Below, piece after piece: positions 1 through 7,359 of a stretch of 11,620 nucleotides of DNA; positions within the stretch are counted from its first letter, which is position 1, and every line of letters starts with the position of its first letter. The stretch lies in the NCBI GenBank assembly GCA_964236955.1, contig CAXSGP010000130.1, forward strand, positions 1 through 11,620. Reading direction: 5' to 3'. The translations under genes were made by a program, and so were the position numbers. The notes below the pieces were generated by a model. It was not told the origin of the DNA. It saw only the letters and a program-made list of their open reading frames with translations, and made no database searches. This stretch comes from an uncultured Oligoflexus sp. Lineage in GTDB: Bacteria > Bdellovibrionota_B > Oligoflexia > Oligoflexales > Oligoflexaceae.

Positions 1-1
1 C

Positions 2-430
2 ATTGCCCAGATCGACCTTTGGATTGTCCTGGTGACGCCAGCGATCAAAATCAAGACAAAGGACGCGAGGCAGGTCCTGCCGTCGCAGCTTTCGACGAAA
101 GACTGGTGCACCCAGATGGCTCATTGCACGACTTTGGCTGTGGCTCTGGCGAGAGGTGATGTCCAGCAATTGGCATTTGGTCTCACCGATACCTTTGCCG
201 AGCCGGCGCGGGCCACATTAATTCCCGGCTTTCGTTCCGCCAAGGAAGCCGCGATTGCTGCGGGTGCCTACGGATTTTCCTTGAGTGGGAGCGGTCCAAC
301 CTGTTTTGCGATGTGTTCGACCAAGCAAGTCGCGGAAGCGGTTGGAAGGAGCGTCACGGGCGTGTTTGGGCCGAAGGCACATTTGACTATAGTACAGCCC
401 CGAATGAAAGGGGCGGAGGTCTACGTATGA
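2..430 (+). CDS. thrB: Homoserine kinase, C-terminal part (5' end outside the window)
   Basis: The frame is open from position 2 (IAQIDLWIVLVTPAIKIKTKDARQVLP). It has the GHMP-kinase C-terminal motifs T-x-x-AR-x-VLP, D-x-FAEP-x-R-x-x-LIPG and LSGSGPT. Its TGA overlaps the thrC ATG (ATGA 427-430). Confidence 0.9.
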   Translation: MAQIDLWIVLVTPAIKIKTKDARQVLPSQLSTKDWCTQMAHCTTLAVALARGDVQQLAFGLTDTFAEPARATLIPGFRSAKEAAIAAGAYGFSLSGSGPTCFAMCSTKQVAEAVGRSVTGVFGPKAHLTIVQPRMKGAEVYV

Positions 431-1680
431 GCCTTACTCGATTGCAATGTGTCAGCTGTCAGAAAACATTTCCGCTGTTTGAGCTTCGCTACGAGTGCGG
501 ATGTGAAGGTCTGCTTGAGGTCATTCACGATGATCATGAGATGAAAAACCTCCCGAAGCTGGCCGAACAAAGACTGAGCAGTCGACTCCCTGAAGACAGG
601 AGCGGAGTGTGGCGGTTTCGTGAAGCCGTGGTGCCACTGGCCGCCCATGAACTCGTGACCCAACAGGAGGGCGGCACTGGTTTTCATGCTATTGAAGCCC
701 TGAGACAATGGACTGGCGCTCCTGGATTATTTTTGAAGCACGAGGGTGAAAACCCCACGGGTTCCTTTAAAGACAGGGGCATGACCGCTGCAGTTTCAGT
801 CGCGAAGCGCCTGGGAGCCAAGCTCCTTGCCTGTGCTTCGACGGGGAATACGAGTTCGGCACTTTCCTCGTATGCAGCGCGAGCCGGCTTGCAGGCTGTC
901 GTATTTTTGCCGAGCGGCAAGGTGAGTCTCGGAAAGATGGCGCAGACCCTTGGCTATGGGTCCCACGTCCTCGCCGTAAAGGGGGACTTTGACGATGCGA
1001 TGCAAATCGTTCGGGATTTGGCCCGAACGGGTGAGGTCTATATGGTCAATTCGCTTAATCCGTTTCGCATCGAGGGGCAAAAGACCATCATTTGGGAAAC
1101 GCTTCAGGATCTCAATTGGGAGGCTCCTGACTGGATCGTGGTTCCCGGCGGCAATCTGGGCAATACCAGTGCGTTTGGCAAGGCCATAGAAGAGGCGTAT
1201 ACCTGGGGTTGGATCAACAAAAAACCGCGTTTGGCAACGATGCAGGCGGCCGGTGCGGATCCCTTCTATCGCAGTTTCCTCACCGGCTTCAAATCGCTGG
1301 AGGCGATGTCTGCCGAGACCATTGCCACGGCCATTCGCATTGGCAATCCGGTGAATTTCACCCGCGCCAGCCGGTCTATCATCAATACCAAAGGCATAGT
1401 CGGTCGGGTTAGCGACGACGAGATTCTAGCGGCAAAAGGCGTGATTGATCGCGCCGGCCTTGGATGTGAGCCGGCAAGTGCGGCAACGCTCGCCGGATTA
1501 AAGCTTATGGTAAAAAGTGGTATCTTTAAAAAACATGAAACCGTGGTTGCCGTGCTCACCGGGAATATGCTCAAAGATACCGATGCGATTCTATTAAGCC
1601 AGAAATTAGCCAGTGAGGAAGTCGAAGCCGATGCGAAGGCGATCCGGGTGTCTTTGGACCGCCTAAGGCAAAGATCTTAG
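427..1680 (+). CDS. thrC: Threonine synthase (PLP fold-type II, with N-terminal Cys-rich CxxC...CxC segment), 417 aa
   Basis: Motifs: KHEGENPTGSFKDRG (PLP lysine), ASTGNTS, NSLNPFRIEGQKT, PGGNLGN, EPASAA, LTGN-x-LKD. Start is placed at ATG 427 because GGAGG lies at 415-419 and it overlaps the thrB stop. The 313 start in the ORF track lies inside thrB. Confidence 0.95.
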   Translation: MSLTRLQCVSCQKTFPLFELRYECGCEGLLEVIHDDHEMKNLPKLAEQRLSSRLPEDRSGVWRFREAVVPLAAHELVTQQEGGTGFHAIEALRQWTGAPGLFLKHEGENPTGSFKDRGMTAAVSVAKRLGAKLLACASTGNTSSALSSYAARAGLQAVVFLPSGKVSLGKMAQTLGYGSHVLAVKGDFDDAMQIVRDLARTGEVYMVNSLNPFRIEGQKTIIWETLQDLNWEAPDWIVVPGGNLGNTSAFGKAIEEAYTWGWINKKPRLATMQAAGADPFYRSFLTGFKSLEAMSAETIATAIRIGNPVNFTRASRSIINTKGIVGRVSDDEILAAKGVIDRAGLGCEPASAATLAGLKLMVKSGIFKKHETVVAVLTGNMLKDTDAILLSQKLASEEVEADAKAIRVSLDRLRQRS

Positions 1681-2054
1681 GTTGCAGCGATGATTTCAAA
1701 CGTTCCCCCGACCAGCGTATAATCAGCCCAAGAGCCCTCTTGGGTTGAAAATCCACTGATCATCGTCTTGCCGCCTTCATGGCTCAACTCACACACTTCT
1801 GAGAGAAAATATTTAGGGTCGTTCGCTTCCACGGTCTGGAAGGCGTCATCGACGAAGAGTCGAGCCTGAACCGATTCAAAGCCCTTGACGAGGATAGAGA
1901 TATCCTCCAGGCGGATATCGTCATCACCTTGGGAAAGATCAGCGCCAGTGCAGCGAATGACAAAAGTTTTTTCGCTGGGATTGATCGCCATCTCGGTGAC
2001 TTCTGAGCTATCGAAATTTAAAAGGTCGAGTTCATCGCCGGTCAATGATTTCAT
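1677..2054 (-). CDS. Small acidic hypothetical protein, 125 aa
   Basis: Strong RBS (GAGGAG) 6 nt before the ATG on the minus strand. Globular, beta-rich pattern with 24 Asp/Glu against 8 Lys/Arg by hand count. Its stop interlocks with the thrC stop (TTAG 1677-1680). Confidence 0.8.
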   Translation of the reverse strand: MKSLTGDELDLLNFDSSEVTEMAINPSEKTFVIRCTGADLSQGDDDIRLEDISILVKGFESVQARLFVDDAFQTVEANDPKYFLSEVCELSHEGGKTMISGFSTQEGSWADYTLVGGTFEIIAAT

Positions 2055-2105
2055 GGGATTCTCCTCAGCATGAGTAGGACGGTTAACTGTTTGCTTATGA
2101 TTATT

Positions 2106-2230
2106 TAGTGTCGGTCCGGAAAAGGCGATGGCTGCGTTTCATCGGCAGAAAAAAAGGCTCATTTATAGGGAATAAACTCCGCTTTTTTTCTGCCTCGCGC
2201 CTTGCCATCCCCATTCCCGGATCGACACTA
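2106..2230. repeat. 125 bp imperfect palindrome bounded by TA at both ends (MITE-like or long hairpin)
   Basis: Outer arms 2106-2132 and 2204-2230 pair at 23 of 27 positions plus one G-T. Inner arms GGCAGAAAAAAAG (2144-2156) and CTTTTTTTCTGCC (2182-2194) pair 13/13. Apical TTTAT (2162-2166) and ATAAA (2172-2176) close an AGGGA loop. Confidence 0.88.
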
Positions 2231-2485
2231 TCTCAACCGTTTTTTGAACCACGATTGTGGGCGGTGGCGGCCGCGTACCGCCGGTGACCGAGCTTTCTTA
2301 CATTATTTTTGGAGCGAATGCCCGCTGCAAAATGCGCCAGCTGCAGGCTCACCGGCTATAAATCGAGCCCAATTTTCCAAAGTTCCGCAATCCCGGGGCG
2401 CGCGCATGTCAAAATAAACCGTCGCTGCGTTGTCTTGAGGGTGCTCGAGGGGATGCGAAGTCATGGCGAAGCGACTCGCAGCGTC

Positions 2486-2527
2486 AAAGCCGAAAATTTC
2501 CTATTGTTTCGGGTTTTTACCTATAAT
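2486..2527 (+). promoter_or_regulatory. Inverted repeat with T-run, directly followed by a TATAAT box, upstream of the lipoprotein-mla operon
   Basis: AAAGCCGAAA (2486-2495) and TTTCGGGTTT (2507-2516) match 9/10. TTTTT lies at 2514-2518 and a perfect TATAAT at 2522-2527. The -35 is poor (TTCCTA, 18 nt spacer). Confidence 0.4.
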
Positions 2528-2649
2528 ATCGATTCCTTTTGATCCCTGCACTCCCTTCATGGTGGAAGTAGCTCTGTTATTTCCCCCCTATAAAGGCGAG
2601 ACTGAAGCGGACCGATCGTTCTTCTCAAAGTAGCATAGACAGGGATTGC

Positions 2650-3150
2650 ATGCGCAAAGTTCAAAGTGCCATTTTTTTTGCATTCGCACTTATCAACACA
2701 GGCTGTTTGTCGACTTTGCTTGGAACCAAGGAATCGCGCAGTCGAGACTATACCATGCCCTCACCCGGTAAGGGTTGGGATGCAATTGATCCAGCCGAGG
2801 CCGATGCTGCCTATCGAAACCGCATGGACAAAGCCATCCTCAACGTCAGTTCCCTATGTGGTGAGGAGAGATATCGGCCTCTCGAGGATCTGTCTGCGGA
2901 TGTCTTAAAGCAGCTGCCTCAAAATTCGGTACCCATACCAGCCAGGGCCCAAACGGTGGGTGGGCATCCGGCGCTTGTCACCTCGGCGCAAGGCACTGTC
3001 GATGGTGAGCCGTTGAATGTTCAATTTGCTGTTATACGAACGCAGAGGTGCGTTTACGATATTATTTTGGCCGGAAAAATTCTTGATCCCAGCAGCCACA
3101 CAGCATTTGACTCGGTGCTAGCGGGATTTTCCGATGGATCCAAACCATGA
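2650..3150 (+). CDS. Putative lipoprotein, possibly PsbP/DcrB-like fold, first gene of the MCE transporter operon
   Basis: Basic N-terminus (MRK), a hydrophobic stretch, then a lipobox-like INTG|C. RBS AGGGA at 2641-2645. Two more Cys (SSLC, RCVYD) could form a disulfide. ATGA overlap with mlaE at 3147-3150. The fold call is pattern recognition only. Confidence 0.75.
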   Translation: MRKVQSAIFFAFALINTGCLSTLLGTKESRSRDYTMPSPGKGWDAIDPAEADAAYRNRMDKAILNVSSLCGEERYRPLEDLSADVLKQLPQNSVPIPARAQTVGGHPALVTSAQGTVDGEPLNVQFAVIRTQRCVYDIILAGKILDPSSHTAFDSVLAGFSDGSKP

Positions 3151-3950
3151 AATCTATTGCTCATGGCGCCCGACTCATTCTTTTGCGTGTGGGTTCCCCT
3201 CTCGCCCGGGGCGGGCAGATAACCTCGGAGTTCCTGGATCTCGTCTTTGATTTTTTCAGGAACGTTCCCAAAGCTCTGCTCTCGCCCAATGTTATTGTCG
3301 AACGCTTCTTCTCGCTGGTCATAAGCGCCTGGTTTCTCGTAGCGATCACTTCCTTTGCGACGGGGGCGGCATTATCCTTGCAATTCGGTCAGGGAATGTC
3401 GCGTTTTGGTGGCAAACTTTATGTTCCAAATATCGTCGCCTTCGCCATCGTTAGGGCTCTTGGGCCTGTATTTGCCTGTCTTATGGTTGCGGCCCGATCG
3501 GGGGGAGGGGTGGCGGCGGAACTGGGATCGATGAAGGTCACCCAGCAAATCGATGCCCTAAAGGCTCTGGGTGCCAATCCTACGGAAAAATTGGTGGCTC
3601 CTATCGTTATCGCCCTCGCCTTGGGAATGCCATTCCTGACGTTTATCGCGGATGTGGCTGGAATCACCGGTGGCTTGCTCGCTGCAACGGGTAGCCTCAA
3701 TATCGCGCCGACACTCTATCTCCAGAAAACAGTCGAGTCGGTGCATATGACCGAACTTTTTATCAGTCTGGCGAAGACCTCGGTCTTTGGCGCAACGATA
3801 GGTCTTATCTCTTGTTTTATAGGTATGCGAACGACCACGGGAACGTCAGGCATCGGAGTCGCCACGACTTCGGCCATCGTCGCGGCGAATATTTTTGTCC
3901 TGGTCGCCGACCTCCTCGTCACCAAGGTGCTTTGGATGCTGCAATGGTAA
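3147..3950 (+). CDS. mlaE: MlaE-family ABC transporter permease
   Basis: Motifs: VRALGPVFACLMVAARSGGGVAAELGSMKVTQQIDALKALGANP, LVAP, and G-x-x-GIG-x-ATT-x-AIV. Several hydrophobic segments. Confidence 0.93.
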   Translation: MKSIAHGARLILLRVGSPLARGGQITSEFLDLVFDFFRNVPKALLSPNVIVERFFSLVISAWFLVAITSFATGAALSLQFGQGMSRFGGKLYVPNIVAFAIVRALGPVFACLMVAARSGGGVAAELGSMKVTQQIDALKALGANPTEKLVAPIVIALALGMPFLTFIADVAGITGGLLAATGSLNIAPTLYLQKTVESVHMTELFISLAKTSVFGATIGLISCFIGMRTTTGTSGIGVATTSAIVAANIFVLVADLLVTKVLWMLQW

Positions 3951-4693
3951 AAGCCAAATCAGATGTGCTGCTTAAAATACAGAATCTAGAAACCCGCTTT
4001 GGGTCGCGGACGATTCATCATGGCCTCGATCTTGAGGTCTATAAGGGTGAACTCCTGGTTCTGTTCGGTGGCAGCGGCACGGGCAAAAGTACTTTGCTCC
4101 GCGCTATCATCGGACTCGATCGGCCTATGGGGGGATCGATTCAGCTTGAAGGTGATGAACTTTCGGGGCTTGACGATAAAGGCTGGCGGGAGATTCGTCG
4201 TAAAATCGGCTATTCTTTTCAAAGCGGAGCTCTTTTCGATAGCTTAAATGTAGGTGAGAACCTTGAGTATCCTCTCCGGGAATTCACCAATCTCATAGCC
4301 TCCGAACGCAAAGCCCAGGCTCAGGCGATGCTGGCCCGTGTGGGGCTGCCCGGTATCGACGGGCTCTATCCGTCCGAACTCAGCGGCGGGATGCAAAAGC
4401 GGGTGGGCATGGCCCGGACGTTGATGCTGGATCCTGCCTTGGTCCTTTATGATGAACCCACCGCTGGTCTAGATCCGGCCAACTCAAAGATGATAGCCGA
4501 ATTGATGAGAGAGCTTAAAAACAGTGGGAAAACCGGGATTTTAGTAACCCATGATGTACCCTGCGCGCTGTCCGTGGGTGATAGGATAGCCTATCTGCAA
4601 GGCGGCAAAATCAGTATCGTGCAAACTCGAAGCGAGATCGATAAGGCTCCCGATGAACGTATTTCCGCGTATATGAATGGAGAAATAGAGTGA
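3944..4693 (+). CDS. mlaF: MlaF/Mkl-family ABC transporter ATP-binding protein, 249 aa
   Basis: Walker A GGSGTGKS, FQSGALFDSL, signature LSGGMQKRV, Walker B LYDEPTAGLDP, and H-loop VTHD. The likely start is ATG 3944 (MVKAKSDVLL), overlapping the end of mlaE, not 3812. Confidence 0.93.
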   Translation: MVKAKSDVLLKIQNLETRFGSRTIHHGLDLEVYKGELLVLFGGSGTGKSTLLRAIIGLDRPMGGSIQLEGDELSGLDDKGWREIRRKIGYSFQSGALFDSLNVGENLEYPLREFTNLIASERKAQAQAMLARVGLPGIDGLYPSELSGGMQKRVGMARTLMLDPALVLYDEPTAGLDPANSKMIAELMRELKNSGKTGILVTHDVPCALSVGDRIAYLQGGKISIVQTRSEIDKAPDERISAYMNGEIE

Positions 4694-5583
4694 AAGTTGC
4701 ATCGGTTAAAACCAAGATAAACCTTGGTGTGTTTGTCCTCTGCATCGCGATCGTTGCAGCCCTCTGCATTATCATTGCCGGCGACGAAGTCAGCTTTTTT
4801 AAAAAATCCCAAAGCTACCGTTCGCAATTTGAAAATACCGCAGGTCTGGTCGCTGGAGCACCGGTAAGGATGGGTGGGGTGGAGGTCGGACGCGTCGCGA
4901 AGATCAAGATTGAGACTAAAGGCGATGCAATGGCCATCGGCGCCGAGCTTCGTATCGATAGCCCCTATTTTGAGTTGATCCGGCGCGATGCAACAGTGGC
5001 CCTCGATACGCAGGGTCTGCTCGGTGACAAATTCGTGGCGTTGAATGCAGGATCTTCCGCCGAACCGATGCCGGCCGGGGAAATGATCGCCACCCAAGAA
5101 GTCGATGGACTATCTAAAGTCGTCGAGCAATCCAAGGCGATCATGGAAACGGTCAATAGCACGACAAAAAAGATCGATGCTTTTACCGAAAATCTCCCCA
5201 ATCGTGAGTCAATGAAATCCGTTGGCAGCGATTTTGCAGAATCGGCAAAGGCCTTGCGCATCCTGATGATGAGAATCAGTGCTGATGATTCGGTGATTTC
5301 GGCACTCAACGACAAGCAATCGAAGTTGATGCTGAAGAACAGCCTGGCGAGTATGGAAAGTGCCGCAGCCCATGCTGATTCCATTGCGAAAAAGATCGAT
5401 TCGGGTCAAGGCTCACTGGGCGCCTTGATCAATGATCGAACCCTCTATGAAGATATTCGCAGCATGTTGGGGCATATCGATCGTGGAAAGATTGCGCGCC
5501 GGGTATTTATTGAGGCAGGCGCAAGAGATGAGGCGGGAGCTGCCGTAGGACCGGTTGGGCCGGGAGCAGCCCGCAAGAACTAG
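4690..5583 (+). CDS. mlaD: MlaD/MCE-family protein with a helical C-terminal extension, 297 aa
   Basis: GTG start overlapping the mlaF stop (GTGA). One N-terminal TM helix. MCE motifs F-x-x-x-x-GL-x-x-GAPVRMGGVEVGRV and QGLLGDKFVAL. A long predicted helical region ends in GQGSLGALIND-x-x-LY. Confidence 0.92.
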   Translation: MKVASVKTKINLGVFVLCIAIVAALCIIIAGDEVSFFKKSQSYRSQFENTAGLVAGAPVRMGGVEVGRVAKIKIETKGDAMAIGAELRIDSPYFELIRRDATVALDTQGLLGDKFVALNAGSSAEPMPAGEMIATQEVDGLSKVVEQSKAIMETVNSTTKKIDAFTENLPNRESMKSVGSDFAESAKALRILMMRISADDSVISALNDKQSKLMLKNSLASMESAAAHADSIAKKIDSGQGSLGALINDRTLYEDIRSMLGHIDRGKIARRVFIEAGARDEAGAAVGPVGPGAARKN

Positions 5584-5941
5584 ATGGGGCCTGACGGCCC
5601 GACCAAGGCACTGCCGCCTTAGGGGTCCAAGCTAATCATCAGTCATCCTGAGCTTCGTCCGAACCACCACGATCGATTCGGCAAAGGGACGGGCGGCGAC
5701 TTCAAAAGGCCGGCTCGCGCCCAGGGGCCTGCCTGATTTCAGAGATTGGAGTGTCGTCGAGTCGCTTTCGATAATGCATTGAAAGATTTAATAATTCTAA
5801 AAAAGGCAAGAGCAGCCGAGTTTTTTGGAAAATTAATATTATCCTGACGAACACTTTAAAAACGGAGAGATGTGTTTATATGAAATAAGGGTCGTAGGAT
5901 CAGCTTTGGTCTCTGCTGGCTTGAAAAACGAATCCTTTGGC

Positions 5942-5968
5942 TCAAATTTGTCCCTTTTTTGCCGAACC
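5942..5968 (+). promoter_or_regulatory. Candidate sigma28 (FliA)-like promoter
   Basis: TCAA (5942-5945)-N15-GCCGAACC (5961-5968) against the consensus TAAA-N15-GCCGATAA, about 85 nt upstream of the receiver-TPR gene. Confidence 0.35.
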
Positions 5969-6051
5969 ATGCCCTTGCTATTTGATAACGGCTAATGCTG
6001 TTATTCTGCGGGATAGGTATCTCGACATCGGCTGGCAAAGGACAATGAAAA

Positions 6052-7224
6052 ATGGCTCCACTTCGTCAAAAAGAAATCAAAATTGCATTGACGGCGCGTT
6101 CTAAAGACGAGGGTACCGTCCTGTCGCATACCGTGCATGGTTGCGGCTTCGATAATATTCAAATTTTTACGAATACCCGTGACACTCTCGAGGTGGCCAA
6201 GAGGGTCCAATTTCAAATCTTTGTCACCCACAATGATTTTCCGGATATGACCGGGCTGACGATGGTTCAGGCGCTGCGCGCTACCGGCAATTATGGGATT
6301 GAATCGCATCTTTTTCTTATCGATAATATCAGTCCCGAAACTATGCTGGTCTTGGTGGAGTTGAATATTCATCATGCCCTTTCCAAGCCTTACTCTGTCG
6401 ATCGGGTGAGTCAAAAGCTTTTGCATCTCTGGAAGGAAGAAACCCATATCACTCCAGCTGAGCAGGAATTCCGGGAAGCTCATGCCGCTCTCTGTTCGGG
6501 CCTGTCTGAGATGGCTCATGACATGAGCATTCAAATTGTTAAGGCACACGGTCCAAGTGAGAAGGTTCTACTTTTGCTTGGGGATGTGGCCATGAAAGAG
6601 GAGCGACCCTTAGAAGCCCGCAAATATTACGAGGCTGCTAAAAAATTCAATCCCAATTCTTCCCTGGCTATTCACAAGTTGGCCCAAACCTATATGCAGG
6701 TCAAAGACTTTACGCATGCCGCGGAACTGATGAAAGACCTGGCGAAGCTTAACCCGCTTAACGTGGAACTCCTGGCTAACTTCGGATTGTCCAGCTATGA
6801 AGTGGGCAATATGAATGACGCAAAGGCTGCCATGGGAAAACTCCAGTCACTCGATAAAAACCGCAAAGATGCCAGCGAGATTCTCACGAAGGTTGCCATC
6901 AATGAGGGGGACATTACTTTGGCCATGAAAAATATGGGCGAAGGACGTGACACGAAAGAATTAATTCAACTGATTAACAACGAGGGCATACGGCTCTCGC
7001 AAAGGAATGACGTTGCCGGCGCAATCCGGATGTATACCCAGAGTATTAAGGTAATCGGTTCGCACCCGGCGATCTATGCGATCTTCTACAATCTCGGACT
7101 TTCCTATATGAAGGCTCACGACAACGAGAATGCTAAAATTTGGCTTAAAAAGGCTTTGGACGCCAAACCCAACTTTGAAAAAGCGATGACGGCTCTAGCC
7201 CGACTGGAACCCAAAAGGGCCTAA
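6052..7224 (+). CDS. Atypical (pseudo) receiver domain fused to TPR repeats, 390 aa
   Basis: The first ~125 aa align by eye to the CheY-like fold (IFVTHNDFPDMTGLTMVQALR; HALSKPYS). The rest has TPR-like helix pairs (LLLGDVAMKEERPLEARKYYEAAKKFNP; IFYNLGLSYMKAHDNENAKIWLKKALDAKPNF). RBS AGGA at 6039-6042. Confidence 0.85.
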   Translation: MAPLRQKEIKIALTARSKDEGTVLSHTVHGCGFDNIQIFTNTRDTLEVAKRVQFQIFVTHNDFPDMTGLTMVQALRATGNYGIESHLFLIDNISPETMLVLVELNIHHALSKPYSVDRVSQKLLHLWKEETHITPAEQEFREAHAALCSGLSEMAHDMSIQIVKAHGPSEKVLLLLGDVAMKEERPLEARKYYEAAKKFNPNSSLAIHKLAQTYMQVKDFTHAAELMKDLAKLNPLNVELLANFGLSSYEVGNMNDAKAAMGKLQSLDKNRKDASEILTKVAINEGDITLAMKNMGEGRDTKELIQLINNEGIRLSQRNDVAGAIRMYTQSIKVIGSHPAIYAIFYNLGLSYMKAHDNENAKIWLKKALDAKPNFEKAMTALARLEPKRA

Positions 7225-7359
7225 GCCTCGCCGCATTTCAAAGGAAGAAAGTCAAGCCGATTTCGTCCTTTTCGATGCCAGACTTTCCGGTGTTGAGTTC
7301 ACCTTTGTTCCAAAGCATATTGAGAGTTTCGTTTGAAGCGAAAAAACTTAATTGGAATA

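Noticed and set aside
313..426. N-terminal extension of thrC in the ORF track
   Set aside because: It overlaps thrB out of frame. ATG 427 has an RBS and an ATGA coupling.
2106..2230. Palindrome as an integron attC site
   Set aside because: The ends lack RYYYAAC and GTTRRRY boxes, the flanking genes are divergent, and there is no integrase or second site.
2106..2230. Palindrome as canonical 6S RNA
   Set aside because: It has a central bubble, but at 125 nt it is well short of the usual ~180-200 nt and I recognise no conserved 6S sequence. Not called, though cmscan should confirm.
2202..2542. Short ORFs 2202-2417 and 2309-2542
   Set aside because: TTG starts, no RBS, mutual overlap and no protein-like pattern.
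3812..3943. N-terminal extension of mlaF
   Set aside because: It lies within mlaE in another frame. ATPase similarity begins after ATG 3944.
5964..5980. Sigma54 promoter (TTGCT)
   Set aside because: The invariant GG at -24 is missing. The TTGC at 2202-2205 fails the same test.
5856..6549. Minus-strand ORFs 5856-6038 and 6001-6549
   Set aside because: The longer one is an antisense shadow of the receiver-TPR gene. The shorter lacks an RBS and recognisable motifs.
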